Source: Schmidtea nova (Eukaryota). Taken from it: a DNA stretch of 64,000 bases. The position numbers and the translations under genes were made by a program. Shown in pieces: positions 1-10,344 of this stretch. The notes below the pieces were generated by a model that was not told the origin of the DNA, ran no database searches, and was given only the letters and a program-made list of their open reading frames with translations. The stretch covers positions 241,490,001 to 241,554,000 of the forward strand of contig CM097883.1 in assembly GCA_044892505.1 (NCBI GenBank). The letters are read 5' to 3'. Numbering within the stretch: the first letter of the stretch is position 1; every line of letters begins with the position of its first letter.

Positions 1-1949
1 ATCGTATTTGATTAAGTAATTTTATGTTGTGTATAATCGTCTCATTTTGTTATATGTTTATATTATTTTTATGAATGTTTTCATTGAGCGTTTATCATTG
101 AAGGTGTTGAAAAATAATAAGAACAATAATAAATTATATTAACAAAAGTAAATTAATAATATTTAAAAAAAAATAAATAACTAATTAAAATAAATTAATA
201 AAAAAAAAATAATTAAAAAAAAAAAAGAAATAATAAAATAAAAATAATAATAAAAAATTCCATACATTTAAACAAATCAAACTTTAAAAATGGCGCCAAA
301 AAACGCGCGATAACTGATACGGATCCAGACCGGACACATCTACCTACTTTCGATTTATTTTATCATGTCCGAAATTATTATGTAGATACAAGAATTATAC
401 AATTTGATAAAGTATTATAAATAAAATATTCATTTACTTCTTTGAATACCATATCGCACTTTAATAAAAATGTAATAGGATTCTAGACATTAAATTAATT
501 TGAAAAATACTTGCTCTTGGCCAAGCCACTGTTCCCCAATATGTGATGAAGTGATCATGGATGTGTGGGCCTAACATACGGCGGAAATATTGGCTGGGCC
601 AGTAACTAACCGAAAAGTGATCTACCTAGGCTACTTCCATCAGTACAGCGCAAGGCCGGACTGACTTCAGAAGGTATGAAAGTGGTTTTAATAAAGAAAT
701 TATAGATAGGCATATAAATAAATAAATAAATATCAATGGTTGGTATTAGTATTGCGAGAAAATGTGACAAAAATTAAAATAAGAATTTGATTAGAAAAAT
801 TATAATTTTCAAAAAGAATATATAACATAGTAGATCATAATAATACATAATACATTGTTAATACATAGATGAAAGTTAAAATAAATCAAGATACCTAAGG
901 CCAGATAACGAGGGCATGATATCGCGGGCCTTGACGATTCGAAAACAAAATCAAATTTCTTACAAAGCGATTCGATCAACGGCTCTTTGAAGACAACAAA
1001 CGCTGTAAGTGATCTTCTCGTAATATTTTTGAGCAGAGTTCTATTGAGTTATCATTGCACACCGGTCGGCGGTAAGAGAATCTCTTTTAAAATTTTCTTG
1101 GTAAAAACAGTTCGAAATTTTTAGCAAAAGAATTCCGGCAAATTCTGTTGCAAATTCTGATGATTTCCATTTTGATGGTGGTATTTATATAATTTTCTGC
1201 GTGTTAATTCCATTGATGTATTAAAACAAATTGTTCTAGAAGACATTTCCGACTTTTCCAAAATTAATATTAATAATTTTACGCAAAATTGAATTATTAT
1301 TTTTGCATAAAATTTTAATAAAACTTTAAATAATTTATTTTTAATCCAAAATTTTACTTTCGAATAAAAGTTTTTCCTAATTTAGTTTAATTTATAAAAT
1401 TTTTAACTAAAATAATTTTCTTTCATATTTTTATGAATTTTTAAGATAAAATTCGAAATTTTCATTCTAAAAATTTTTTAATTTGTCCAAATTTGTAATT
1501 TTATTACATAATTGATGTTTTTATGTTATATATGTGTTTTTCACATGTATACTTAATGCGCCTTTGTTCATTTTAATTTTTAAACGTGTTTTATTAAATT
1601 ATTTCTGTGTTTTGCGATCATTGGGTTTTGCTTGGTTTTTTGTATCAAAGAATTTTAATTAAAATTCTTACGCGCTCTCTACGTGCTGTGTTACCGCTTC
1701 ATTTAAACAACTTTTTGCCCAACAGTATAAATGTAACAAATGCAAAAGTAAATTTTAAAAATTAAAATAGTTAAAATTTGTGTAAAAATAAAGTTTATTA
1801 AAGTAATTGATAATATTTGAAAGTAGAAGGATGTGTGCCCACTGGAGACAAAGAAAATGAGTCATAACAAAGACATAGCCCCGCCCCGGGGGTTAAAAAT
1901 TTTTTTATGACTCATCAATGACTCATTTCAAATTCAAATTTTAAATTTG

Positions 1950-2730
1950 AATTTCCAAAGGTCAAATAAGGTCAAACCTTCAAACAAGGGTACCATTCGA
2001 AAGGTCTTGGAGAGGTCTATACAATAGATTAACACTCGAAGGTTTATGGAGGGTCCTGAACCCTCAAAGGGTCTAAAACCTTCAAATTTTTTCAAACCTT
2101 ACAGGTTATATATCATTCTAAAGGTATTTGTGAGATGTGCATGGTGGTCAAACCATCGAATGTCTATGGTGGGTGCTTAACCTTCAAGGGGTCTAAAACC
2201 TTCAAATCTTTTCAAACCTTACAATTTATATATCATTCGAAAGGTAATTCAAATGTGAGTATGATGGTCATACCTTCGAAGGTCCATGGTGGATGCTCGA
2301 CCTTCAAAGGGTGCAAAACCTTCAAATTTTTTCAAACCTTACAAGTTATATATCATTCTAAAGGTATATGTGAGATGTGCATGATGGTCACACCATCGAA
2401 GGTTTATGGTGCGTCAATAACCTTCAAGGGATGTCCAAACCTAAATGTTTTTCAAACCTTACAAGTTATATATCATTCAAACGGACTTTTGATAGTGAGT
2501 TTGAAGGGTTCAAGGTTTTAAAATTTTAAAACCTCATAATATACATATCAAACAAAGGGTATTTGAGATGAAAGTATCATGGTCATACATTCAAAGGTTA
2601 ATGGTGGGTGCTGAACCTTCAAACCTTAAAAAACCTTCAAGGGGTCCAAAATCCTTAAAACTAAATAGCATATGTATAATATATATCAAAGAAAAGGTAA
2701 TTCAAAGGTGAGTTCAGAGGTCAAACCACT
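1950..2730. repeat. Degenerate tandem repeat, ~120-bp unit, about 5-6 copies
   Basis: AAAACCTTCAAA..TTTTCAAACCTTACA..TTATATATCATTC recurs at ~2075, 2195, 2315 and 2435 (120-bp period), decaying at both ends. ORF 2135-2521 is its 40-aa-periodic translation. Confidence 0.85.
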
Positions 2731-2731
2731 A

Positions 2732-3054
2732 CCCCCCATGTGTGTATATTACGTAATCGCTCGGGGTTTTGTATAGCACACATGATTAGGTAATCATTAC
2801 GTAATCAAGTGTGCTTAATAAAACCCGATAATTATGTAATTTTATATATGATTACGTAATTTTATATATTTGTTTAAATTGAGTGAATTTTTTGTTTAAA
2901 TTAAGTGAATTTTTGTTTAAATTAAGTGAATTTTTGTTTTAAATAACTAGAATATTTGATTTAATTATATGAATTTTTTGTTTTAGTTTTTTTAAATATA
3001 AAATTTTATTTTAAATTTAATAAAAAAATATATGAGTTCACACATGGGGGGGGG
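2732..3054. mobile_element. Possible MITE with 13-bp TIR
   Basis: CCCCCCATGTGTG (2732-2744) and its reverse complement CACACATGGGGGG (3039-3051). Interior has repeated ATTACGTAAT and TTAAGTGAATTTTTGTTTAAA motifs. No clear TSD. Confidence 0.4.
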
Positions 3055-3129
3055 CGGCAGACCGGACAAAACCTCCTACTACAAGACTTCAAACGCCTTT
3101 TTCGAGTCGATAAACCGGCCCGATCGAGT

Positions 3130-3560
3130 TTTTAGTGAAACAATAGATAGACAGAATTTTATTGTCTACAAAATGGCTGAATTAAAAATTCAAAATGTTG
3201 TGTATGTTGTTGTGCACACGTGTTTTGTCATTAAATTTGTATATTTCACCTAAATAAAATAACTTTTTTGAGTTTTCATTGTAATATTGTATAGATAAAA
3301 TTTAATTGTCTATAAAATGGCTTTATTAGAATTCTGAAAGTTGTCGTATTTTGTGATGCACACGTGTTTTATTTTGAATTTTCAAATTTTTAACAATATA
3401 AAGTAACTTTATGTATTTTTCATTGTAATAAAGTATATGTAAAATTTAATTTCCTATAAAATGGCTTGATTAGAAAATTAGTTTGTTGGTGTGTTTGTAA
3501 TGCACACGTGTTTTGTAATTAAATTTACATTTTTCATGTATATAAAATAACTTTTTTGAG
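3130..3560. repeat. Degenerate ~143-bp repeat, 3 copies
   Basis: CTA(C/T)AAAATGGCT and TGCACACGTGTTTT each recur three times at ~143-bp spacing. Confidence 0.7.
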
Positions 3561-3756
3561 TTTCTTCTACTACTTTCTTTAAAAAAATTTTCCTACTCCA
3601 ATTTAAACAAGCACATCGCAATACAGATGCAGATGCAACTTAACAAAAACAATGCAATTCATGTGCAATATTACCAAAGACATTGCAATACACGTGCAAG
3701 TTAACAAAGAAATTGCAAGTCGATTAACAAAGAAATGTGACACACACATTAACTTA

Positions 3757-4266
3757 NNNNNNNNNNNNNNNNNNNNNNNNNNNNNNNNNNNNNNNNNNNN
3801 NNNNNNNNNNNNNNNNNNNNNNNNNNNNNNNNNNNNNNNNNNNNNNNNNNNNNNNNNNNNNNNNNNNNNNNNNNNNNNNNNNNNNNNNNNNNNNNNNNNN
3901 NNNNNNNNNNNNNNNNNNNNNNNNNNNNNNNNNNNNNNNNNNNNNNNNNNNNNNNNNNNNNNNNNNNNNNNNNNNNNNNNNNNNNNNNNNNNNNNNNNNN
4001 NNNNNNNNNNNNNNNNNNNNNNNNNNNNNNNNNNNNNNNNNNNNNNNNNNNNNNNNNNNNNNNNNNNNNNNNNNNNNNNNNNNNNNNNNNNNNNNNNNNN
4101 NNNNNNNNNNNNNNNNNNNNNNNNNNNNNNNNNNNNNNNNNNNNNNNNNNNNNNNNNNNNNNNNNNNNNNNNNNNNNNNNNNNNNNNNNNNNNNNNNNNN
4201 NNNNNNNNNNNNNNNNNNNNNNNNNNNNNNNNNNNNNNNNNNNNNNNNNNNNNNNNNNNNNNNNNN
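3757..4266. other. Assembly gap (N run)
   Basis: 510 consecutive N. Further gaps at 16593-16744, 37994-38171, 38199-38344 and 38759-38994. Confidence 0.99.
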
Positions 4267-4269
4267 TAA

Positions 4270-4978
4270 GATCGGTTTACTGACCTGACTCCTCGTGCTC
4301 TTTAATTATCGAAATCAATGAACCCAACACAGAACAATCTTTTTATTCACGATCAAAACAAATTACAATCTTTGTTATACACACTTTTGATCAATTTACG
4401 CTTTCTTTTGGATTCGGATTTGACTCTTTAGTTAACAGGATACTTTCTCACTTTGTCGGTTTAATTTCTTCAGGATCTTTCTTTATTTGTTTTCAAAGAC
4501 TTTTTAATATTCTCTTTTTAACTATCAACTCGTCGGCCCCGTCCTCTGCTTTGCGCTGCCTTTTATAGTTCTCGCAAATAGCAATTAGGTTTAATCGATA
4601 TCTAAAAGTTAACCAATCTCGGGTTTAATTGTTTTGCTAACAAATAATTTTAATTACCCTCGGATGGATTTTTCCTAATTGCCCCGACTTTGATCTCTCG
4701 GGTCTCTTTGCGCTCGGGCTTTCCTCATCGCTCGGGTTTTCCATTGAGCGATTAATTAATTTTAATTAGTTTGTTTTTATTAAATAACTTTCTCTGGGGA
4801 CCCCTTATTAAATTTCTATTATTATTTTTGGGTTCGTCTTTTGATTTGGTATTCAACCATACCCATTTCCCCCAGTGAATATTAATTTTAAATGTTTGAT
4901 AAATTTTAATTAATTTTTGCATTTTAATTTGTTTTGGTATTTCTTGTTACTTTTGTGATTTTTATACTAACCCCAGCA
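4270..4978 (-). mobile_element. Probable solo-LTR-like repeat, copy 1 of a dispersed family
   Basis: Shares TGACTCCTYGTGCTCTTTAA with the 42845 copy. Shares GCTCGGG(T/C)TTT, TTTCCCCC and terminal AACCCCA(G/A)CA with the 58560-59210 copy. Minus strand begins TG and has TATA-like and AATAAA-like motifs in LTR order. Confidence 0.5.
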
Positions 4979-5760
4979 ATAATAATAATACATTTGTACT
5001 GGTTTCACTTCATTATTAATTTTTCTTTCTTCACTGATGTCATAAGTTGATTTACGTGCTGGCATTTTATAAATTGTGACAATATCTTAAAAATGTCTTT
5101 GTATTTATAATGATAAGTAATGCTTTTTCCCAATCAAAATGACGCATTCTAACTGCACATGTTATGCATGTCTTCATACATGTCTTTGTTGCAAGCATGT
5201 CGTTGTTGCAGGTATGTCTTTGTTGCATGTCTTGGTCGTTTTTAAATTATACATGTATGATTATTTTGTTGAAACTGGTTATATAATACATGTCTTTGTT
5301 GTAATTAATTGATGCATATGCATTTATTATTGAAATTGTTTTTATCTATAAATATTACTATTAAACCTATTTCATTTAAAAAATTAAATAAAACTTATTT
5401 AAAACTTAATAAAAATTACTAATAAACCTATTTAATTTCAAAAACTAAATAAAATTATTTAAAAATTATATAAAACTTAATAAATAACTCAATAACAAAA
5501 TAAAAACAAAAAGCTCAAACTCAAAAAACTAAAATAACAATGATAAAGGATTTATTAAATGATAACCCATAAAATGACAATACATTAAATGAAACTACAT
5601 TAAAATGAAAATAATAAACATTTATTACAAATAATTGTTAATAAAAAACATCGATTAAATCGCAAATAATCATTCTGAAATCTTTATATCATCTACCATA
5701 CGATGACATTCATCGCAATTGGGAGATTGGGGCGACTGATCATATATAATAAGTTCTGGC

Positions 5761-6363
5761 TCAATCCAAAGGAGCCGGAAATTTGGGCGATTGCTTGCAT
5801 TGATACGATTTATCGCAATCAGGCGATTCGTCGTAATCAGACATTTTTTCGCAATCAAGCGATTTTTCGCAATCAGGCGAATTTTCGCAATCAGGCGATT
5901 TTTCGCAATCAGGTGATTTTTCATCATCCGACGCTTCGGGTGTCGAATTTGGCCATTGCTTTGCATGATCGTATTCCTCCACTACGATTTTTTTCAATTT
6001 CTTGGAATCCATTTCGAATTGGTTGAGGGCGTTCCGTAACACCCAGGCACGATTCTTCTGTATACGGTCCATACAATGGCCGCATTGGTAGGCGCACAAG
6101 ATGTGCTCCACTATATATGGCACTTCACTGTCTCGATTAGTCAGATGATCGAGCAAGACCTGGTGAACATCGATCCCAGTCAGGCATTGGATTTTGTAGG
6201 GAATCAGCTCCGGTGCCGTATAGGTCAGCTTCGGCATCAGCATCGGATAGATTTCTTCAAGCTTCCCGTAAAGTACGGAGATTAATTTCTCTAAAATGAA
6301 AAAATTATAAAAATGAAAAAATAGTAAACTTTAAAATTTACCATATTTCATTATATCGGACAT
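5761..6363 (-). CDS. Two-exon orphan protein (183 aa) with C-terminal SPDCEK hexapeptide repeats
   Basis: Exon 1 6363-6342 (ATG TCC GAT ATA ATG AAA TAT G), 51-nt GT..AG intron 6341-6291 with T-rich tract, exon 2 6290-5761 in frame with track ORF 5761-6243. GC clearly above flanks; intron size matches the 44-52-nt class of other genes here. Confidence 0.65.
5811..5925. repeat. 18-bp coding tandem repeat (TTTTCGCAATCAGGCGAT)
   Basis: About 6 degenerate copies; reads SPDCEK on the minus strand. Confidence 0.9.
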
Positions 6364-6399
6364 TTTTTGATTGTGAATATAAATGATTGCAAAATGTTC

Positions 6400-6404
<5 letters not shown>

Positions 6405-6460
<56 letters not shown>
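6405..6460. repeat. (AT)n microsatellite
   Basis: Uninterrupted AT dinucleotide run. Similar runs at 48165-48219 and 51541-51604. Confidence 0.97.
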
Positions 6461-6463
<3 letters not shown>

Positions 6464-6497
6464 AGAAACACAGGGCATGTACAAAATATTACACACT

Positions 6498-6563
6498 GAA
6501 CCAATCAGATTCGAGTATGCATAACATGTCTTTATTATAGAAATACACATTGAACCAATCAGA
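6498..6563. promoter_or_regulatory. Paired CCAAT boxes upstream of the orphan gene
   Basis: GAACCAATCAGA at 6498-6509 and 6552-6563, 140-200 bp upstream of the minus-strand ATG at 6363; matches the NF-Y extended consensus RRCCAATCAG. Confidence 0.45.
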
Positions 6564-6839
6564 ATAGTGCATTAATATTGCAGATTTATTGCAATCATAA
6601 GTCACATGTTAATATGAAATCAACAAAGGCTTTATCTTCTATAATTGATTTTATATCGATAATAATATTATCAACTATATTTAAATAATCCCTAGTTTTT
6701 AAACCTAATATAACTACTTTACCGCTTGCAAGTATACTAACACACGTGGTTATATTTTATATATCTCAAAGCTGGAAATATTTTCAGGCTCGTAAACACA
6801 TACTATTAATTTAGCCTAGATAAACTATAATTATCACAT

Positions 6840-7500
6840 AGATGAAATATATACATAGAAAATATCAAAAGTATATAGAAATAAATCCTAAACACAAATG
6901 ATATCATTACATATGTGAAATATCTTTACATACATAAAATGTCATCATGCTTTAATGCAAATATTATGCTATAATGCAAATACACATAATATTAAAAATT
7001 ATATCATATACACACAAAGGGTATCATACACATGAAAAGTTGTCATGTTATAGTCAGTCAAATGCATGAAATATTATCATACTAGTGTAAAATACATACA
7101 TAATATCAGAATGCATCATACATACATACAAAGGATATCATCACAATATATCATCATACTATAGTGCAATTACATAGATAATCATCAAACATATACAGAA
7201 ATTAATCAAATTCACAACAATAATCATTAAAGAAATATCTACATACTAGTGCAATTACATAGAAAAATATACAAAAATACCAGAAAAATATGAAAGATCA
7301 TCACAAATATCAACACATGAAATATTATCATACATACACAAAGGATATAATCACATACTTAGAAAATCATCACATACAAAATATCAAAAGTTCATTACAC
7401 ATACAAAATATAATCACATATATCATCATCATATTTTAATGTAACAGTAATAAATGTTCAAGTAATGAGCTTTTGCACATAAATACCATCACAAAATATG
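6840..7500. repeat. Strand-biased low-complexity degenerate satellite
   Basis: G-poor plus strand built from recurring ATATCATCATAC, CATACA(C)ACAAAGG and GCAATTACATAG words. Confidence 0.6.
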
Positions 7501-9969
7501 TTATGCTCTACACTTCAACCACCTCTTTGGAACGCGTGTCAGTATATCTGCTCGGTTTTTCGCTGATTTCACCAATTGCACCTGAATAAGAATTCTGTCA
7601 ATCTCGATAATCTCTTTTATTATTCCCAAGCGACGTCTAATCAGAGTCTCTGAAATTCCATGGACACGAATCTTACATTCATTGTTAAGAACTGTTCTCA
7701 GCCAGCCTACTACCGTCGCCGAATCCACCATCAGCTCGATTTTTTTAACGCCCCATTTGATTGCTAAGTTTACGCCTTTAAGAACTGCATCGAGCTCAGC
7801 GACGTTTATATGTGAATGATCATCACTTTTCCTGAGCCAAGTTGCATCCTCCACGACGTGGCCATTTATCACTAATACGACACACAGTGCTAAACTGCTA
7901 GCATCACACCATAAAGTACAGTGATCCCTGATGTTTACAGTCCAGCTTTCTTTGACTGGATCGTACAGTTCAATGAGACTCATCACTTCAGTCAATCTCG
8001 ATTCGCACTCTGCTCCGACGAGATCATCCCAATTTGTACCATCCGCAATTCTCTTGATAAAACTGCAATCCACTCTGAGCCACCCCGCGACCGGATAATG
8101 CCCAATAAGCTTTCCACAAATAGAAAACAATTTACGCCGAGTAACATTACCTTCAATTGGGTCAACTATATTTCCTCTTGACCATAACAGGTTACCGTGA
8201 CGATTGCGTTCAATTTTTAAACCGAGAACCTTTGTATCCACTAACAGTTCCACTGGCTTCGTTACTAATCCATATTGACCCAAATGTTTCACCACTTCAT
8301 CGATACTGACTAAACTCGTGTTAACAGCTATGTCATCGATGTAGTGATCTGTCGCATTCAGGATTCGCGAATCGAGACTCAGCACCTTTCTCAACACTAA
8401 GGACATTATCTTTGGAGCACAACAAAAACCAAATCCTAGTCTTGTAAGATAATACGTCTTCTTTTTGTAGCGAATCCTTTGGAATTCCCAAAGGTCTTTG
8501 CTTACATGCAACAGTAGATAAGCATTTTTTAGATCAAGCATCGATAGCTGTTCTCCCATCTGTCTCCATCGTTTTATGCTCTCACCTCAAACATCACTAT
8601 CGCCAGTGTGACTCTTCACAAATTCATTGAGTTCCCTAAAGTCAAGAACGGGTCGAACTTTTCCTTTGTTTTCTTGTATTGCAGCAAGAAGAGGAAGAAT
8701 TTCGCAGCCGGTTTCTTCAGCGGGGGTTAGCCAGCCTTCCATTATCCATCGCTCTATTTCAGCTTCATATTCTTGTCGCGCTTCAGGCTTAATTGTGTAT
8801 TCGGCAACGTTGTTCCGCAATATTGGAGGTTTGCCTTTCCATTTCCAAGATATTGTCCACTTGTCTCTGTCAAAACTTGCAGCGAAATCTTCATCGTCAA
8901 TTTTCACTTGTTCTTGAACTAAAGCCGGCATGGATACTCGAGTGCATTCACCAAACTGTACTCCATAATTGTCAATTGAGACTCCCCAAGGCGTTCAATC
9001 GCATCGAGACCTAAAATAACATCCACTCCAGTTACAAGATTCGACATTATTAAGCAATTTAACAAAAAACTTGTTCCTCGAACAAATAAATGACACTGAC
9101 TCTCTCCTTCACAGTGGACTCTTCTACCATCTACTGCAACAACAACTCTGGCTTCACCACTTCCTTCTGCAAAGATACGGGAAACAATGGTTTGCGAACA
9201 TCCAGAATCGACTAGTCCAGTGCACGATTTTCCATTCACTCTGAGTCTGACAAGTACTCGCGCCATCCCTGACATCACTGAGAAACCGCTGGCGCTCCAG
9301 TTTCTCTTCTGGCGTTTCCCTGTGCGTTTGAAGAGCATTGTCTCGACGAATGCCCTTTGATTCCACATGTCCAACACTCTTGAGAGGAGCATTTATTTTT
9401 GAAATGTCCGGATTTTCCACATCCGTAGCAAAGTTTGACTTCTTTACCCGGCGCAGAACTACTTCCTTTCACTGTAATTTGACCAGTGGAGCCATTTTGT
9501 TCTGATATTAGTGCTCGAGCTTGTCGAACAACTTCTGAGAGGTTCATTTCGAAGATACTTGCTGAAGCTCTAAGTTGGTGGGAAACCATTGATGGAAGTC
9601 CGACTACAAATGCTCTCTTGAGAAGCCCATCATCATTTATTCCAGCCAGCGTAGCTAATTGCTGCAGATCTGCAAGAAAAACATCAACTGGCTCACTATT
9701 CCACAGACGATTGCGAAACGTGTCATATGTCTGGAATCCATCCATCGAAAAGGCATCTGTTAGGGATTTTTCAATTGCGTCGATGTTTTTTCTTTGTCCT
9801 TCTCCGTCAGGGGATCATAAACAAGAAAAGCTGGTCCATCAAGCAGTAATGGGAGAACGAAGGCCAAATCTTCGATTTTTTGATGCTTGGCCACTAGCTT
9901 CAGCTTCTTAAGCCAAGTTGAAAACTCACCTACTCCATCGTAGGGCTTGATAAAATTTTGCATCTCCAT
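7501..9969 (-). pseudogene. Frameshifted gag-protease-RT-RNase H of E1
   Basis: Two CCHC knuckles (CYGCGKSGHFKNKC, CWTCGIKGHSSRQC), protease LVDSGCS, RT RPVLDFRELN / LDLKNAY / YIDDI, RNase H WCDAS..HINVAELDAV..VDS..NRADILTR. Split over ORFs 9760-9969, 9275-9745, 8919-9392, 8587-8931 and 7501-8559. Confidence 0.9.
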
Positions 9970-10344
9970 TATAGCCGCGATAGCTTGTGATAAAAAATGT
10001 TTGAAATAAAACTCGATTCAACGTTTATTCTTTATTACAAGATTCTTTTTCAAATTCTGTTTCTCTTTGAAAATCACTCGATATAAACAAATCTTTTTTC
10101 TTTTAAATTGATTATCTAAAATAAATTAATTATCACAATTTTGAGCCTTTGATCAATGTTTTCCTCTCGTGATTCTCCATATCCCATTAGAGTTTGACAA
10201 GTTTATATATGTTGTCTTTTTCGAAGTTCATCATAAGAAATAAGACAATATTTGAATTTGTAAATATTTATTTATTTCACATATTAAAACAAAGTTTTTG
10301 TTTAATAATATTATTATTATAAATACCTATGGTATTTATAATAA

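Noticed and set aside
880-1896. Possible piggyBac remnant (GGGGG-TTAA at ~1890, Cys-containing minus frames near 900-1250)
   Set aside because: No matching left TIR and no continuous recognisable motif.
2135-2521. 128-aa ORF with 40-aa periodicity; also considered as a CRISPR-like array
   Set aside because: It is the translation of the 120-bp satellite; units are contiguous with no unique spacers, and there are no cas genes in this eukaryotic context.
3652-4288. Long ORFs crossing the N run (also 37985-38395)
   Set aside because: Artefacts of N codons.
5670-6285. Overlapping ORFs 5670-5966, 5703-6026 and 6076-6285
   Set aside because: Alternative-frame or antisense shadows of the 18-bp repeat and the orphan exon; only the frame joined to exon 1 has splice support.
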